64,000 bases of DNA from Microcoleaceae cyanobacterium (GCA_051652765.1 JBOFUV010000131.1:32001-96000); one strand, 5' to 3'; positions 55,092-64,000 are shown, numbered from the stretch's first letter. Made by a program: numbers and translations. Notes: generated from the sequence alone by a model not told the origin.

Positions 55092-55164
55092 TGAATCGGT
55101 ATCATAAGCACAACCCCTTATCTTAACCTTTAGTTAGCTTCTTTCTGTATGGAGATTAGATGGC

Positions 55165-55839
55165 ATGATTCTTTGTATTGCGGATGTTTTGACCCCAGAT
55201 GAGCTGCAGCAGATTAATGCTGTCCTCAAAACAGCTAGCTTTGTAGACGGTAAAGCAACGGCTGGGTGGCACGCTCGCTTGGTCAAGCACAATACTCAGT
55301 GGGCTAAAGATGCGGCGATCGCTCCAAAAATCAACAGCCTGATCCATGGAGCCCTAGCCCGGAACGCTCTGTTTCAGATGGCGGTTCGTCCTAAGTCAGT
55401 GAGTCAGCCCTTATTCAGTCGGTATGAATCGGGGATGTTTTACGGCACCCATGTGGACAATGCGGTCATGACAGACAATCAAGTGTTGATGCGCTCTGAT
55501 GTTTCACTCACGTTGTTCTTGAGTGATCCGACCACTTATCAGGGGGGAGAGTTGGTCATTGAAACAACCCAGGGGGAAGAGGTCTTCAAGCTAGAGGCTG
55601 GAGCAATCGTCACTTATCCTTCCTCAACGTTGCACCGAGTTGAACCGATTACCCAGGGGATACGCTTAGTGGTTGTTGCTTGGGTTCAGAGCCTAGTGCG
55701 AGACCCAAATCAACGAGAAATTTTGTTTGATCTAGACACTGCCCGCCAGACTTTGTTTCAGCAGTATGGCAAGACTCCAGAATTTGATCTGATTGCTAAA
55801 AGTCATGCCAACCTCTTGCGTCGGTGGATTGAGCTTTAG
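55165..55839 (+). CDS. piuC: PKHD-type Fe(II)/2-oxoglutarate dioxygenase (PiuC/YbiX-like)
   Basis: FVDGKATAG, YGTHVDNA, Y.GGEL, YPSSTLHRV.P.T.G.R and WVQSLVRD motifs. Confidence 0.9.
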   Translation: MILCIADVLTPDELQQINAVLKTASFVDGKATAGWHARLVKHNTQWAKDAAIAPKINSLIHGALARNALFQMAVRPKSVSQPLFSRYESGMFYGTHVDNAVMTDNQVLMRSDVSLTLFLSDPTTYQGGELVIETTQGEEVFKLEAGAIVTYPSSTLHRVEPITQGIRLVVVAWVQSLVRDPNQREILFDLDTARQTLFQQYGKTPEFDLIAKSHANLLRRWIEL

Positions 55840-55866
55840 ATAACTAAACATATTTTTAAGTAGTTA

Positions 55867-55896
55867 ATTGACAAATATTTTCATTAGATTTAGAAT
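55867..55896 (+). promoter_or_regulatory. Sigma70 promoter overlapped by a Fur-box-like site
   Basis: TTGACA(55868)-N17-TAGAAT(55891); ATTGACAAATATTTTCATT at 55867-55885. Confidence 0.7.
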
Positions 55897-55942
55897 TTCA
55901 ATTTGAACAGTTGCACATTAAGCCGAAGGTGAGGAGTAACAG

Positions 55943-56713
55943 ATGAGCCACAGTAAAGCGAAGGTTTGGATTGGGATAGGTGCCTATATTCTTTCAGGCG
56001 CTAGTGTGATTACGGCTACTGCTGAGATCTCTTCCGCAGAAGCACAGATGGATCAGACTGACTCTGCGTTGAATAGCCCTGCGGTTCCCTCGTCCAGTAG
56101 CACACAGTTTGTCCAGATGCTAGCTCAAGGTGGAGAGGGCGGTGAGGGTGGTACTCCTGCATTTCAGGACAAGTTGAGCGGGAGTCAATTGGTGGATGCC
56201 CTGCGTCAGGGTGGCTACGTTATCTATTTCCGACATGCCCAGACTGAGAAAGACTACGCTGATCAGATTGATGCCAAAATGGGAGACTGCTCAACCCAAC
56301 GGATGTTGAGCGAAATGGGTTGGCAGCAAGCGAAGAATATTGGCCAAGCGTTTCAGGCATTAAAGATTCCTGTTGGTCAGGTTTACTCCAGTGAATATTG
56401 TCGGGCTTGGCAGACGGCAGACTTGGCTTTTGGTCGCCATCAAAAAGATCCGAGACTAAACTTTGAACGCGCTGAAGAATACACCGAAGCTCAGGTTGCG
56501 AAGATGCGAAGTGCCCTTACTCCCATGTTGGTAGCGGCTCCAGCCAGTGGCATGAATACTGTAATCGTGGGTCATGACGATGTATTTGAATCCGCGACGG
56601 GTATCTATCCTGAGCCTCAAGGGGTAGCCTATATTGTCAAGCCAGATGGCAAAGGCGGCTTTGAACTCATTGCCAACTTACTTTCTGACGAGTGGGGAAA
56701 ACTCTCTCGTTAA
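55943..56713 (+). CDS. Exported histidine phosphatase family protein with a GGEGGEGG motif
   Basis: Signal-like N-terminus; FRHA, SSEYCRAWQTA and VGHD motifs. Confidence 0.82.
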   Translation: MSHSKAKVWIGIGAYILSGASVITATAEISSAEAQMDQTDSALNSPAVPSSSSTQFVQMLAQGGEGGEGGTPAFQDKLSGSQLVDALRQGGYVIYFRHAQTEKDYADQIDAKMGDCSTQRMLSEMGWQQAKNIGQAFQALKIPVGQVYSSEYCRAWQTADLAFGRHQKDPRLNFERAEEYTEAQVAKMRSALTPMLVAAPASGMNTVIVGHDDVFESATGIYPEPQGVAYIVKPDGKGGFELIANLLSDEWGKLSR

Positions 56714-56740
56714 ATCCAGTTCGAGGACTCATCTTGTACC

Positions 56741-57592
56741 ATGCCTAGATTGCCCGATGCACTTTGGTTAAATGTCAGTCCTAGCTTTCAAGCCTTTGAT
56801 CGACCTCTTTTGCATGATTTATCTCAATCTGTCTCAGTTGCTCAGTGGGAATATTCTCAGACTATAGATGAACCTGCGTCCCTTGAAGTTGCTTTAGATC
56901 TACTGCATGACTATCTTGAGAAATGTTGTCTAGAATCTACTCCAGAAAACTTCAAGGTTCATCTTTTGGGTCATAGCACTGGCGGACTTCTGGGTTTACT
57001 TTATGCCCGCCGCTATCCAGAGCATGTCAGATCCTTAACTCTACTTGCAGTTGGGGTTCACCCCGCAGTGAACTGGCAGGCTCATTACTACGCCCTGCTT
57101 CAGTTTTTGCTGGGCGATCGCCAGATGTTGCTGAATCAGATGGTTCATAGCTTATTTGGTCATCCGGCCAAGCCAGTTGTTCCCAATTTAGTGGAAGCCC
57201 TAGAACAGGATTTAGGGCAAGCTCTATCTCCCCATTCTCTGTTTGATCGCGGCAGCATTCCGTCAGGTGGGGTTAATGTGCCCCTGTGCGTTTGTGGGAG
57301 TCGAGATGATGTGATCGTTGAGCCTAAGGAACTGGAGGGATGGAAACAGTTTTTAAAGTTAGGAGATCGGATTTGGCAGTGTCCCGGCGGAAGACACTTC
57401 TTCCACTATTTTTATCCTGAGCTAGTTAGTGAGCAATTGTTAGACTTTTGGAGTTTTTTGGAAGGGGCGAGTTCTCAACCTTGCAACGGCAAGAGTAGCT
57501 TAACCCGAAATTTGCTGAATCAATCTTTTCTCAATCAGCTTTTTAGGCGTGATTTTATGGAATTTACGGGTGAAACGGCAAGATTCTGTTGA
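56741..57592 (+). CDS. Alpha/beta hydrolase, IsiC-like
   Basis: GHSTGG elbow and GRHFFHY; iron-stress context; IsiC resemblance recalled from family knowledge, not searched. Confidence 0.75.
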   Translation: MPRLPDALWLNVSPSFQAFDRPLLHDLSQSVSVAQWEYSQTIDEPASLEVALDLLHDYLEKCCLESTPENFKVHLLGHSTGGLLGLLYARRYPEHVRSLTLLAVGVHPAVNWQAHYYALLQFLLGDRQMLLNQMVHSLFGHPAKPVVPNLVEALEQDLGQALSPHSLFDRGSIPSGGVNVPLCVCGSRDDVIVEPKELEGWKQFLKLGDRIWQCPGGRHFFHYFYPELVSEQLLDFWSFLEGASSQPCNGKSSLTRNLLNQSFLNQLFRRDFMEFTGETARFC

Positions 57593-57668
57593 ACATAACT
57601 TTGCTGAGCATAACTTTGTTGAACATAACTTTACTGAACATAGCTCTGTTGAACATAACTCTGTTGAA
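57586..57668 (+). repeat. 15-bp degenerate tandem repeat, about 5 copies
   Basis: gaacataactttgct/gagcataactttgtt/gaacataactttact/gaacatagctctgtt/gaacataactctgtt. Confidence 0.8.
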
Positions 57669-57722
57669 GCTGAAGTTGATTACAACCCAGCGGAACCTCA
57701 AGTGGATGAAGGCTCTGTTGTA

Positions 57723-58190
57723 ATGCAATCAGTTGTAGTTCAATCAGTTACCACCGATCAAGAACGAGCGGCCCTGTACGAGCAACGCTGGTTCGTCCTG
57801 AGAAAGCCCCTAGCCTTGGAACGGGGGACAGAACAAGATCAGTATGACCCTGAGCCGCAAACCTGTCACTTTGCGGCATCATGCAGCTCGCAAATGGTTG
57901 GGTCTGCTCGCTTTCGGCAACTGTCTCCAACGTTAGGTAGTATTGCTTATGTAGCTGTTTTGCCAGAGTTCCAACGTCGAGGCATTGGAACGGCCTTGGT
58001 AAAGTATGCGATTAAAATTGCTCGCCAGAGAGACTGTCAACAGGTGCGACTGATGAGTCGGAGCGATGCTATGGATTTCTACAAAAAGCTAGGATTCTGC
58101 GAAATCGGAGCACCCATTGACGTTCTCGGGATTCCCCACCAATTCATGTCCCTTAACTTGCTTTTTGCTCAGGATAAGGAGTTGAGTTAA
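57723..58190 (+). CDS. GNAT N-acetyltransferase (ElaA/YjcF-like)
   Basis: R..VLRKPL, VAVLPEFQRRGIG and FYKKLGF...IPH..M motifs; start trimmed to ATG at 57723. Confidence 0.85.
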   Translation: MQSVVVQSVTTDQERAALYEQRWFVLRKPLALERGTEQDQYDPEPQTCHFAASCSSQMVGSARFRQLSPTLGSIAYVAVLPEFQRRGIGTALVKYAIKIARQRDCQQVRLMSRSDAMDFYKKLGFCEIGAPIDVLGIPHQFMSLNLLFAQDKELS

Positions 58191-59157
58191 GTCCTGAATC
58201 TAACACCTTTAGCCTTAAATCCTTGATCGCATACTTCACAAATTCCGAAGCTTTTGTAGCATTACAAGACCCAATTAACGTGAGAGTTTTATGTTCATCT
58301 TTTACCAGTTGAGCTTTGCAAGAGTACACAACACTACTACAACGACTAAAAGCTAATTCAACCTGAATGACGGCTTTGTCTGCATCAGAACCAATGAATT
58401 GACAAGCAACCTTGTAACCCAGCCATTTCCACCCGTAAAACAGCAGGAGTTCTCGCTCTAAAACTTGAATCTCAATCGGCAAGATTCCCCAACCCCGATA
58501 AACTCGATTGAGGCAATTTGTGCTTCCAGTTTGGGTCAATATACACCGGAAGGAGCTGTCCTCTAGCAAACCATAATATCTGCCGTCCGGAAAATCAATC
58601 ATCGTTGGAGCAAACCGATGTCCACCGAAGTGACTACTTCTCCAAATCCGAACATTTTGAATTCCTAGCTCTGCAACTGTTAGGGTGGCTTGTTTATAGA
58701 ATGGAATCCCATATTTGGCACAACATTTATCATGGCTACCGTGGGTGCAAACGAGAATGTCTCTAGCCTGACTAGACTGAATTAATTGCTCTGGTAATTC
58801 ACCTGCAATGTATTGTCTTGTAGCTTCTGTTGCTTGTTCTAGACTGCTAACTTCGATTTCCCAACCATCATATCCGGTGGAGAATTCTTCTTGGATTTGT
58901 TCGTATATGATTAACTTTAGTTGACTTAAGTTCTGACGTTGATCTTGAGTAATTAATAGAAATCGAATGGGTAGTTTAGCCTGCTTCACCTCTTCGACTA
59001 AACACTTTAAACGATTAGGAATATGAGAAGACTCAAAGGCATCAGTAGCCCAAGGCATCGGATATTCAATCAAGATATAAGTCGAGTAGTTTGTTCCGCT
59101 CCCAATAATATCTTCATCAGCTTGTCGGCAAGCTTCAGCACAAAAGAACTTATTCAT
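58153..59157 (-). CDS. Sucrase/ferredoxin-like protein (Apd1/Aim32-type 2Cys-2His [2Fe-2S])
   Basis: CTHGSHDKCC (C-x8-C) and HFGGHRFAPT motifs. Confidence 0.9.
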   Translation of the reverse strand: MNKFFCAEACRQADEDIIGSGTNYSTYILIEYPMPWATDAFESSHIPNRLKCLVEEVKQAKLPIRFLLITQDQRQNLSQLKLIIYEQIQEEFSTGYDGWEIEVSSLEQATEATRQYIAGELPEQLIQSSQARDILVCTHGSHDKCCAKYGIPFYKQATLTVAELGIQNVRIWRSSHFGGHRFAPTMIDFPDGRYYGLLEDSSFRCILTQTGSTNCLNRVYRGWGILPIEIQVLERELLLFYGWKWLGYKVACQFIGSDADKAVIQVELAFSRCSSVVYSCKAQLVKDEHKTLTLIGSCNATKASEFVKYAIKDLRLKVLDSGLNSTPYPEQKAS

Positions 59158-59211
59158 GTTTACAAGTCATTTCTCTACAGGTTACTAATTGTTGTTGCTA
59201 ACATGTTGTTG

Positions 59212-60360
59212 CTAACAGTTAGGGTCTACTAAAACAATGCCTTCAAGGACTAACTGAGAGAGCAATGGCATCAAATCCAGCTCCCAATCAAATCCGGAAA
59301 ACCAATCTGTAACATCCCTGCCCGTAAACTGTTCCTGGCTGAATAGTTGTTCAACCCTAGTTTTGGACACCCCTCTTAATGAAACTTCTTTGCCGTTGGC
59401 AAACACCTGACATTCATCGTCATCAGATTCTTGTAAGATCTGAACCTTTTGAAAGGGGACAGTCTTAAATTGAGTGTCGATGCCGTGAGGAAATACGTTG
59501 AACCCGGCTTGATAGGGGAGAGCATATTGAGTCGTTGGCTGCCCCAAACTGTTTAGGTAGCGACTATACGCCTCACCAACGTTTTGATCCGTCAGATAGT
59601 CAGTCAACGCTTGAACGAGATCCTCAATTGCGGGCAACGTTCTGGGTTGTAACGGTAAACTCCTTCGCCACTGCTCCTGGTTGCTGAATTCCCCCGCTAG
59701 CCATTCCAAAAAGTGAATCCCAGTTTTTGGATGAACTCCCAAAGTCAGATGAATGGAAGGTTCCTCCACGGTCGCTGCATAGTGCCAATGACCCCGAGGA
59801 ATATACAACACATCTCCTGGACAAAGAACACAGCTCAAATCGGGATCACCCTCAGGTGGAGTCGCATCGGTAAACCGTTGACTGGGGAGTGGAGATTGGA
59901 ACGTTTCGGGGTAGACAGACCACTGCTTAGATCCTGCCACCTGTAATGCAAAAACTTCGTGGGTGTCGTAATGAAGCTTGAATCCTGGGTGGCTTGACCA
60001 AGAACAGTAGGCATTAACCTGAGTAGGAGACCCTAATTCAAACTGTATCCTTGCAGCAAAATTAGCAATCTCTGGAACATGCTTGTGAACCTGGCTAAAA
60101 ATGAGTGTGGCTCCCTGACGACACCAATGCAGCAATTTAGCATTTTCGGATTCATCCAGAACTTTGCCATCAATCGCGAGCCGTAAGTCAGGATACTTAA
60201 TTTGGTGAAAGTTGAGCAGATCGTTCAGATGCTCCCAAGAAAACAAGTTTGTGAAGCTTCTTTGACCTTTACTGGATAGAGCGATCGCCCGCTTTGTCCA
60301 ATTGTTTTGAAGAAACTCCTCTACGCTGGAGGGTTGCAAAAGAATAGCAAGGGCTTCCAT
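59212..60360 (-). CDS. JmjC/cupin-4 Fe(II)/2OG oxygenase (RoxA/YcfD-like architecture)
   Basis: HYD...GSKQW...PGDVLYIPRGHWH facial triad; C-terminal winged-helix-like segment. Confidence 0.88.
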   Translation of the reverse strand: MEALAILLQPSSVEEFLQNNWTKRAIALSSKGQRSFTNLFSWEHLNDLLNFHQIKYPDLRLAIDGKVLDESENAKLLHWCRQGATLIFSQVHKHVPEIANFAARIQFELGSPTQVNAYCSWSSHPGFKLHYDTHEVFALQVAGSKQWSVYPETFQSPLPSQRFTDATPPEGDPDLSCVLCPGDVLYIPRGHWHYAATVEEPSIHLTLGVHPKTGIHFLEWLAGEFSNQEQWRRSLPLQPRTLPAIEDLVQALTDYLTDQNVGEAYSRYLNSLGQPTTQYALPYQAGFNVFPHGIDTQFKTVPFQKVQILQESDDDECQVFANGKEVSLRGVSKTRVEQLFSQEQFTGRDVTDWFSGFDWELDLMPLLSQLVLEGIVLVDPNC

Positions 60361-60768
60361 AGTCTAGACGTTCTGGCGAAATGATTCTAATGCTCAAAGC
60401 TTCTGACATTCAAAGCTTTTGACACTCAACGACTCAGTTGATCCCACTTCTAGTCAAAGTTCTCACCTGACAACCCTTGTTGTTACAACTGTCGTTACAA
60501 CACCCATCCCCAGACTATAAACTCACCTGCATTGGGGGAATTGATCACAAGATCACTCCCCTCAATGGTTCAGACTCTGTGCCTAAGACCTGTTAGCAAA
60601 AAATACTAAACTAATTCAACAATCAAGACGATTGGCTGATCTAAATCAACTTTGCAAGCTGGGTTGACACTAGGAACCCAACAGACTTTTGAACGTGTTA
60701 GCTAACGATTAGGTCTTACACCCTTGACACCAGCTTACACAAACCTAATTCAGTTGGATAAACCTGTC

Positions 60769-60915
60769 CTAGTCTCCCCCATCTGAATCAACATTCAGGG
60801 GAGCTGCTGTATTCTGAGTCGTTCCGGTTGGAACAACATTCTTGATCTCAATCTGAATCTTGCTAGGACGAGATGGATTCAGGACTGAATCACTAGCACT
60901 GGATATTGTTGACAT
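60769..60915 (-). CDS. Unannotated 48-aa peptide, candidate RiPP-like precursor
   Basis: Hand translation MSTISSASDSVLNPSRPSKIQIEIKNVVPTGTTQNTAAPLNVDSDGGD*; AGGAG 7 nt before ATG; promoter upstream. Confidence 0.7.
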   Translation of the reverse strand: MSTISSASDSVLNPSRPSKIQIEIKNVVPTGTTQNTAAPLNVDSDGGD

Positions 60916-61011
60916 AGTTTGTCTCCTAAGTAGAATGCACCGATCGGGCTCTAAGCAACTCCTAGAAATCTAGGAATTAGACTTAGATGCGCTTACAAGT
61001 ATATCTAACAG

Positions 61012-61047
61012 ATTGTAGATATGCAACTGTTGCAAGTCTATCTCAAC
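61012..61047 (-). promoter_or_regulatory. Promoter with an overlapping Fur-box-like site for the peptide/JmjC unit
   Basis: Minus strand TAGACT(61040-61035)-N17-TACAAT(61017-61012); 19-mer GTTGCAAGTCTATCTCAAC at 61029-61047. Confidence 0.6.
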
Positions 61048-61175
61048 TAGAAGTGAGTAAAATCGTCATACACGTTGACCTGATGCCAACTCTAGCCAGA
61101 GGCTTACCCGAACGCTTCTCATCTTTTTAACCTTAGAGTAGATGACACCCTCAACTGAATGTACCTTTAATATCT

Positions 61176-61194
61176 ATTAAGAACTACTATCAAT
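61176..61194. promoter_or_regulatory. Fur-box-like site
   Basis: ATTAAGAACTACTATCAAT; minus-strand TTGACA adjacent at 61200-61205. Confidence 0.55.
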
Positions 61195-61340
61195 AAATTT
61201 GTCAAGATTTTAGAGGAGATTGGGCCTACACATTCAAGACATTCAGCCAGAATTTTACTTTGGATGAAGAATTTTAGGTTTTCTGACTGGGATACAACCC
61301 ACTATCAACTTGCTTTTTATGTAAAGAAATCGCAACAAAC

Positions 61341-61379
61341 TTGACAACACCATGAATTTTATTGCATATAGTTTTCAAT
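61341..61379 (+). promoter_or_regulatory. isiA promoter region with a Fur box
   Basis: TTGACA at 61341; ATTGCATATAGTTTTCAAT at 61361-61379. Confidence 0.65.
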
Positions 61380-61432
61380 AAGCAAAGTCTTATGCCAAGA
61401 TTTTTAGTCAGTAGTTAGCAGAGGGAGGTCGT

Positions 61433-62500
61433 ATGACCAGTATGGTGACTGATGCTTTTCCAGCCGAGGGGAGTGCTTATCCCTGGTGGGCTGGGAACGG
61501 GCGATTAGCGAGTTTATCGGGGCGCTTACTCGGTGCTCACGTTGCCCATGCAGGTCTGATTGTGTTCTGGGCAGGGGCTTATACTCTGTTTGAACTCGGG
61601 CAGTTCAATCCTGATTTGCCGATGTATGAACAAGGGTTAATTCTGTTGCCTCACCTAGCAGCCCAAGGTTGGGGCGTTGGTGCGGGAGGAGCCGTGACCA
61701 ACACTCACCCCTATTTTGTGATTGGAGTGTTGCATCTGATCAGTTCGGCCTTTCTGGGGTTTGGTGGAATTTTCCATGCCATTAAGGGGCCAGAGGTTCT
61801 GGAAAACCAATTTTCCTTCTTTGGCTATTCCTGGGAAGATGGCAAAAAAATGACCACTATCATTGGCATCCACTTGCTATTGCTGGGCAGTGGTGCATTT
61901 TTGTTAGTGGCCAAAGCAATGTTTTTCAATGGCCTTTACGATACCACAATCAGTGATCTGCGGGTGGTGACGAATCCAACCTTGAATCCGGCCAAAATTT
62001 TTGGCTATTTGTTTGGTGCAGAGGGCAAGTATTGGCTAGCTGCCGTGGACAATCTGGAAGATTTGGTTGGGGGTCACACCTACATCGGTTTAATGCTGAT
62101 CGGTGGTGGCATTTGGCACATTCTGACAGAGCCGTTTGGTTGGACGAAGCGACTGTTCATTTGGTCGGGAGAAGCCTATCTGTCCTATAGCATTGGGGCT
62201 GTGGCTTTGATGTCGTTCATTGCTGCGTTGTTTGTGTCAGTCAATACCATTGCTTACCCCCCTGAATTCTATGGGCCAACTCTGAACGTTGGACTGGAGC
62301 AGTTTCCCTATTTCCGGGGGGAACAGGGAATTTTAACCCCTCGGGTGTGGTTAGCAAATGCTCAGTTTTGGCTTGGCTTTTTCTTTCTACAAGGTCATAT
62401 CTTTCATGCTCTGCGAGCTGCGGGATTTGATTTTCGCACGGGCAAGCGTGTCCAAGACTTGGTGTTGGCAGCCAATGCGCCGAAGGAGGTGACTTCATGA
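61433..62500 (+). CDS. isiA: IsiA/Pcb family chlorophyll-binding protein (CP43' type)
   Basis: [27 protein letters not shown] and [10 protein letters not shown] motifs; short E-loop, so not psbC. Confidence 0.88.
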   Translation: MTSMVTDAFPAEGSAYPWWAGNGRLASLSGRLLGAHVAHAGLIVFWAGAYTLFELGQFNPDLPMYEQGLILLPHLAAQGWGVGAGGAVTNTHPYFVIGVLHLISSAFLGFGGIFHAIKGPEVLENQFSFFGYSWEDGKKMTTIIGIHLLLLGSGAFLLVAKAMFFNGLYDTTISDLRVVTNPTLNPAKIFGYLFGAEGKYWLAAVDNLEDLVGGHTYIGLMLIGGGIWHILTEPFGWTKRLFIWSGEAYLSYSIGAVALMSFIAALFVSVNTIAYPPEFYGPTLNVGLEQFPYFRGEQGILTPRVWLANAQFWLGFFFLQGHIFHALRAAGFDFRTGKRVQDLVLAANAPKEVTS

Positions 62501-63498
62501 CCGTTGCAGTCTCCCAGAAACAAGTCTCCCAGAAACAATATGACTGGTTGGCCGGAAATGCCCGCTTCACCCATCTCTCTGGCAAGCTCCTCGGGGCCCA
62601 TGTTGCCCACGCGGGGTTGATTGTTCTTTGGGCTGGAGCAATGACCTTGTTTGAAGTTTCAAAGTTTGATCCGAGTCTTCCAATGCCGGAACAAGGGTTA
62701 ATTTTGTTACCTCACTTAGCCAGTTTGGGAATTGGGGTGGGAGCCGGAGGCCAGATTGTGGATACCTATCCCTATTTTGTGATTGGTATGGTGCATTTGA
62801 TCAGTTCGGCGGTGTTGGGTGCAGGAGGGCTGTACCACACGTTGCTCGGTGCTGACGTTTTACCTCAGGACAACTCCTTCTCTGGGTTCTTTGGCTATGA
62901 CTGGACAGATAAGGGCAAGATGACCAGCATCTTGGGAATTCATCTCCTGTTGCTAGGGCTTGGGGCTTGGTTATTGGCGGCGAAGGCCATGTTTTGGGGT
63001 GGGCTCTATGATCCAACCGTTGAACAGGTGCGCGTTGTGACTGACCCCAGCCTGAACCCGGTTCGGATCTTTAGCTACTTGTTGGGACTACACGGTATAA
63101 AAGGCATGGCCGCCGTTAATAACTTGGAAGACTTGGTTGGAGGCCATGTCTGGGTTGGATTCCTGTGTATTCTAGGGGGTCTGTGGCACATTGGCACCAA
63201 ACCCTTTGCTTGGGCAGAACGAATTCTGTACTGGTCGGGAGAGGCTTATCTCTGCTACAGTCTGGGCGCTTTGGCCTACATGGGTTTCCTGGCTGGATAT
63301 TTTGTCACATTCAACACGGTGGCTTATCCCGAAGCCTTTTACGGGCCAGTCGGTGGCGTGAACGAATTAGGGGCAATCAGCGCTCGCACGTGGTTAGCCA
63401 ATAGCCATTTTGTCTTGGCAGGGGTGCTCTTGCTGGGGCACTTCTGGCACGCAATTCGAGTTCGAACCTTTGCTGCAACGGAGGTAGATTACCGATGA
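62497..63498 (+). CDS. isiA: IsiA/Pcb family protein, second paralog
   Basis: Same family motifs; ATGA overlap with the upstream gene. Confidence 0.88.
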   Translation: MTVAVSQKQVSQKQYDWLAGNARFTHLSGKLLGAHVAHAGLIVLWAGAMTLFEVSKFDPSLPMPEQGLILLPHLASLGIGVGAGGQIVDTYPYFVIGMVHLISSAVLGAGGLYHTLLGADVLPQDNSFSGFFGYDWTDKGKMTSILGIHLLLLGLGAWLLAAKAMFWGGLYDPTVEQVRVVTDPSLNPVRIFSYLLGLHGIKGMAAVNNLEDLVGGHVWVGFLCILGGLWHIGTKPFAWAERILYWSGEAYLCYSLGALAYMGFLAGYFVTFNTVAYPEAFYGPVGGVNELGAISARTWLANSHFVLAGVLLLGHFWHAIRVRTFAATEVDYR

Positions 63499-64000
63499 CT
63501 GCAACTGCATCCTTTTCATCTCCTCCGTCTCAGGCTAAATCTGTGCAGAAATATGGCTGGTGGGCGGGTAACGCTCGACTGACTGAGCTTTCTGGCAGGC
63601 TCCTAGGGGCTCATATTGCTCAAGCTGCCTTAATTGTGTTCTGGGCAGGAGCCTATACCTTGTTTGAGCTTTCCCAGTACACTCCAACTGAACCTCTGTA
63701 TTCTCAAGGGTTGATTCTGCTGCCTCACCTGGCTAGTTTGGGAATTGGTCTGGGAGAAGGGGGTCAAGTCGTGAACACCTATCCCTATTTTGCGATTGGG
63801 GTGCTGCACTTGGTGAGTTCAGCCGTTCTGGGAGCTGGGGGACTTTACCATGCCTTACTGGGGCCAGAACAGTTGCCAGAAAACCAGACGTTCTCTGGTT
63901 TCTTTGGCTATGACTGGCGCGACCAGAACAAAATGACCACGATTATCGGCATTCATTTGGTATTGCTGGGGTGTGGGGCTTTATTGCTGGTCGCCAAGGC
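63495..64000 (+). CDS. isiA: IsiA/Pcb family protein, third paralog (truncated by the window end)
   Basis: Hand translation [46 protein letters not shown]...; ATGA overlap. Confidence 0.88.
   Translation, partial: MTATASFSSPPSQAKSVQKYGWWAGNARLTELSGRLLGAHIAQAALIVFWAGAYTLFELSQYTPTEPLYSQGLILLPHLASLGIGLGEGGQVVNTYPYFAIGVLHLVSSAVLGAGGLYHALLGPEQLPENQTFSGFFGYDWRDQNKMTTIIGIHLVLLGCGALLLVAK

Noticed and set aside
57586..57668. 15-bp repeat array (and 41342-41384) as a mini-CRISPR
   Set aside because: Units are contiguous with no unique spacers, too short, and there are no cas genes
57549..57722. N-terminal EHNF-repeat extension of the GNAT ORF
   Set aside because: It arises from a tandem repeat and overlaps the upstream gene; ATG at 57723 gives a normal-length GNAT
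60466..60507. Second tiny ORF (MGVVTTVVTTRVVR) as another precursor peptide
   Set aside because: Only 14 codons, produced by a 12-bp duplication, and no similarity to the 48-aa peptide
61433..63498. Calling these genes psbC (CP43)
   Set aside because: They are too short, lack the large lumenal E-loop, and have no psbD upstream

Overview
A cyanobacterial chromosomal segment. The evidence is frequent HIP1 GCGATCGC octamers plus por, nblA, cpcS, vipp1 and isiA-family genes; a filamentous Oscillatoriales-like source is inferred, not proven. The first ~55 kb is mostly housekeeping: frr-pyrH, speB, cpcS/nblA, pstSCAB with a Pho box, bioB-bioY-lspA, pmgA, por, a contiguous intein-free dnaE, menD/menB, vipp1/pspA, acpP-fabF, glycosylation genes including an OGT-like TPR protein, capA, aroQ, a 7TM-HD phosphodiesterase, modA-modBC and prxQ. 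The last ~9 kb is an iron-starvation island: piuC-like dioxygenase, exported histidine phosphatase, IsiC-like hydrolase, GNAT, sucrase-ferredoxin, JmjC oxygenase and at least 3 tandem isiA-family genes, with four Fur-box-like sites. The best novel candidate is an unannotated 48-aa ORF (60769-60915, minus strand) ending in ...NVDSDGGD. It has its own RBS and a Fur-box-overlapped promoter, and lies directly upstream of the JmjC Fe/2OG oxygenase and the sucrase-ferredoxin. It may be the precursor of a ribosomally made, Asp-hydroxylated iron-binding peptide (hypothesis). No rRNA, tRNA, CRISPR array or transposase was recognised.
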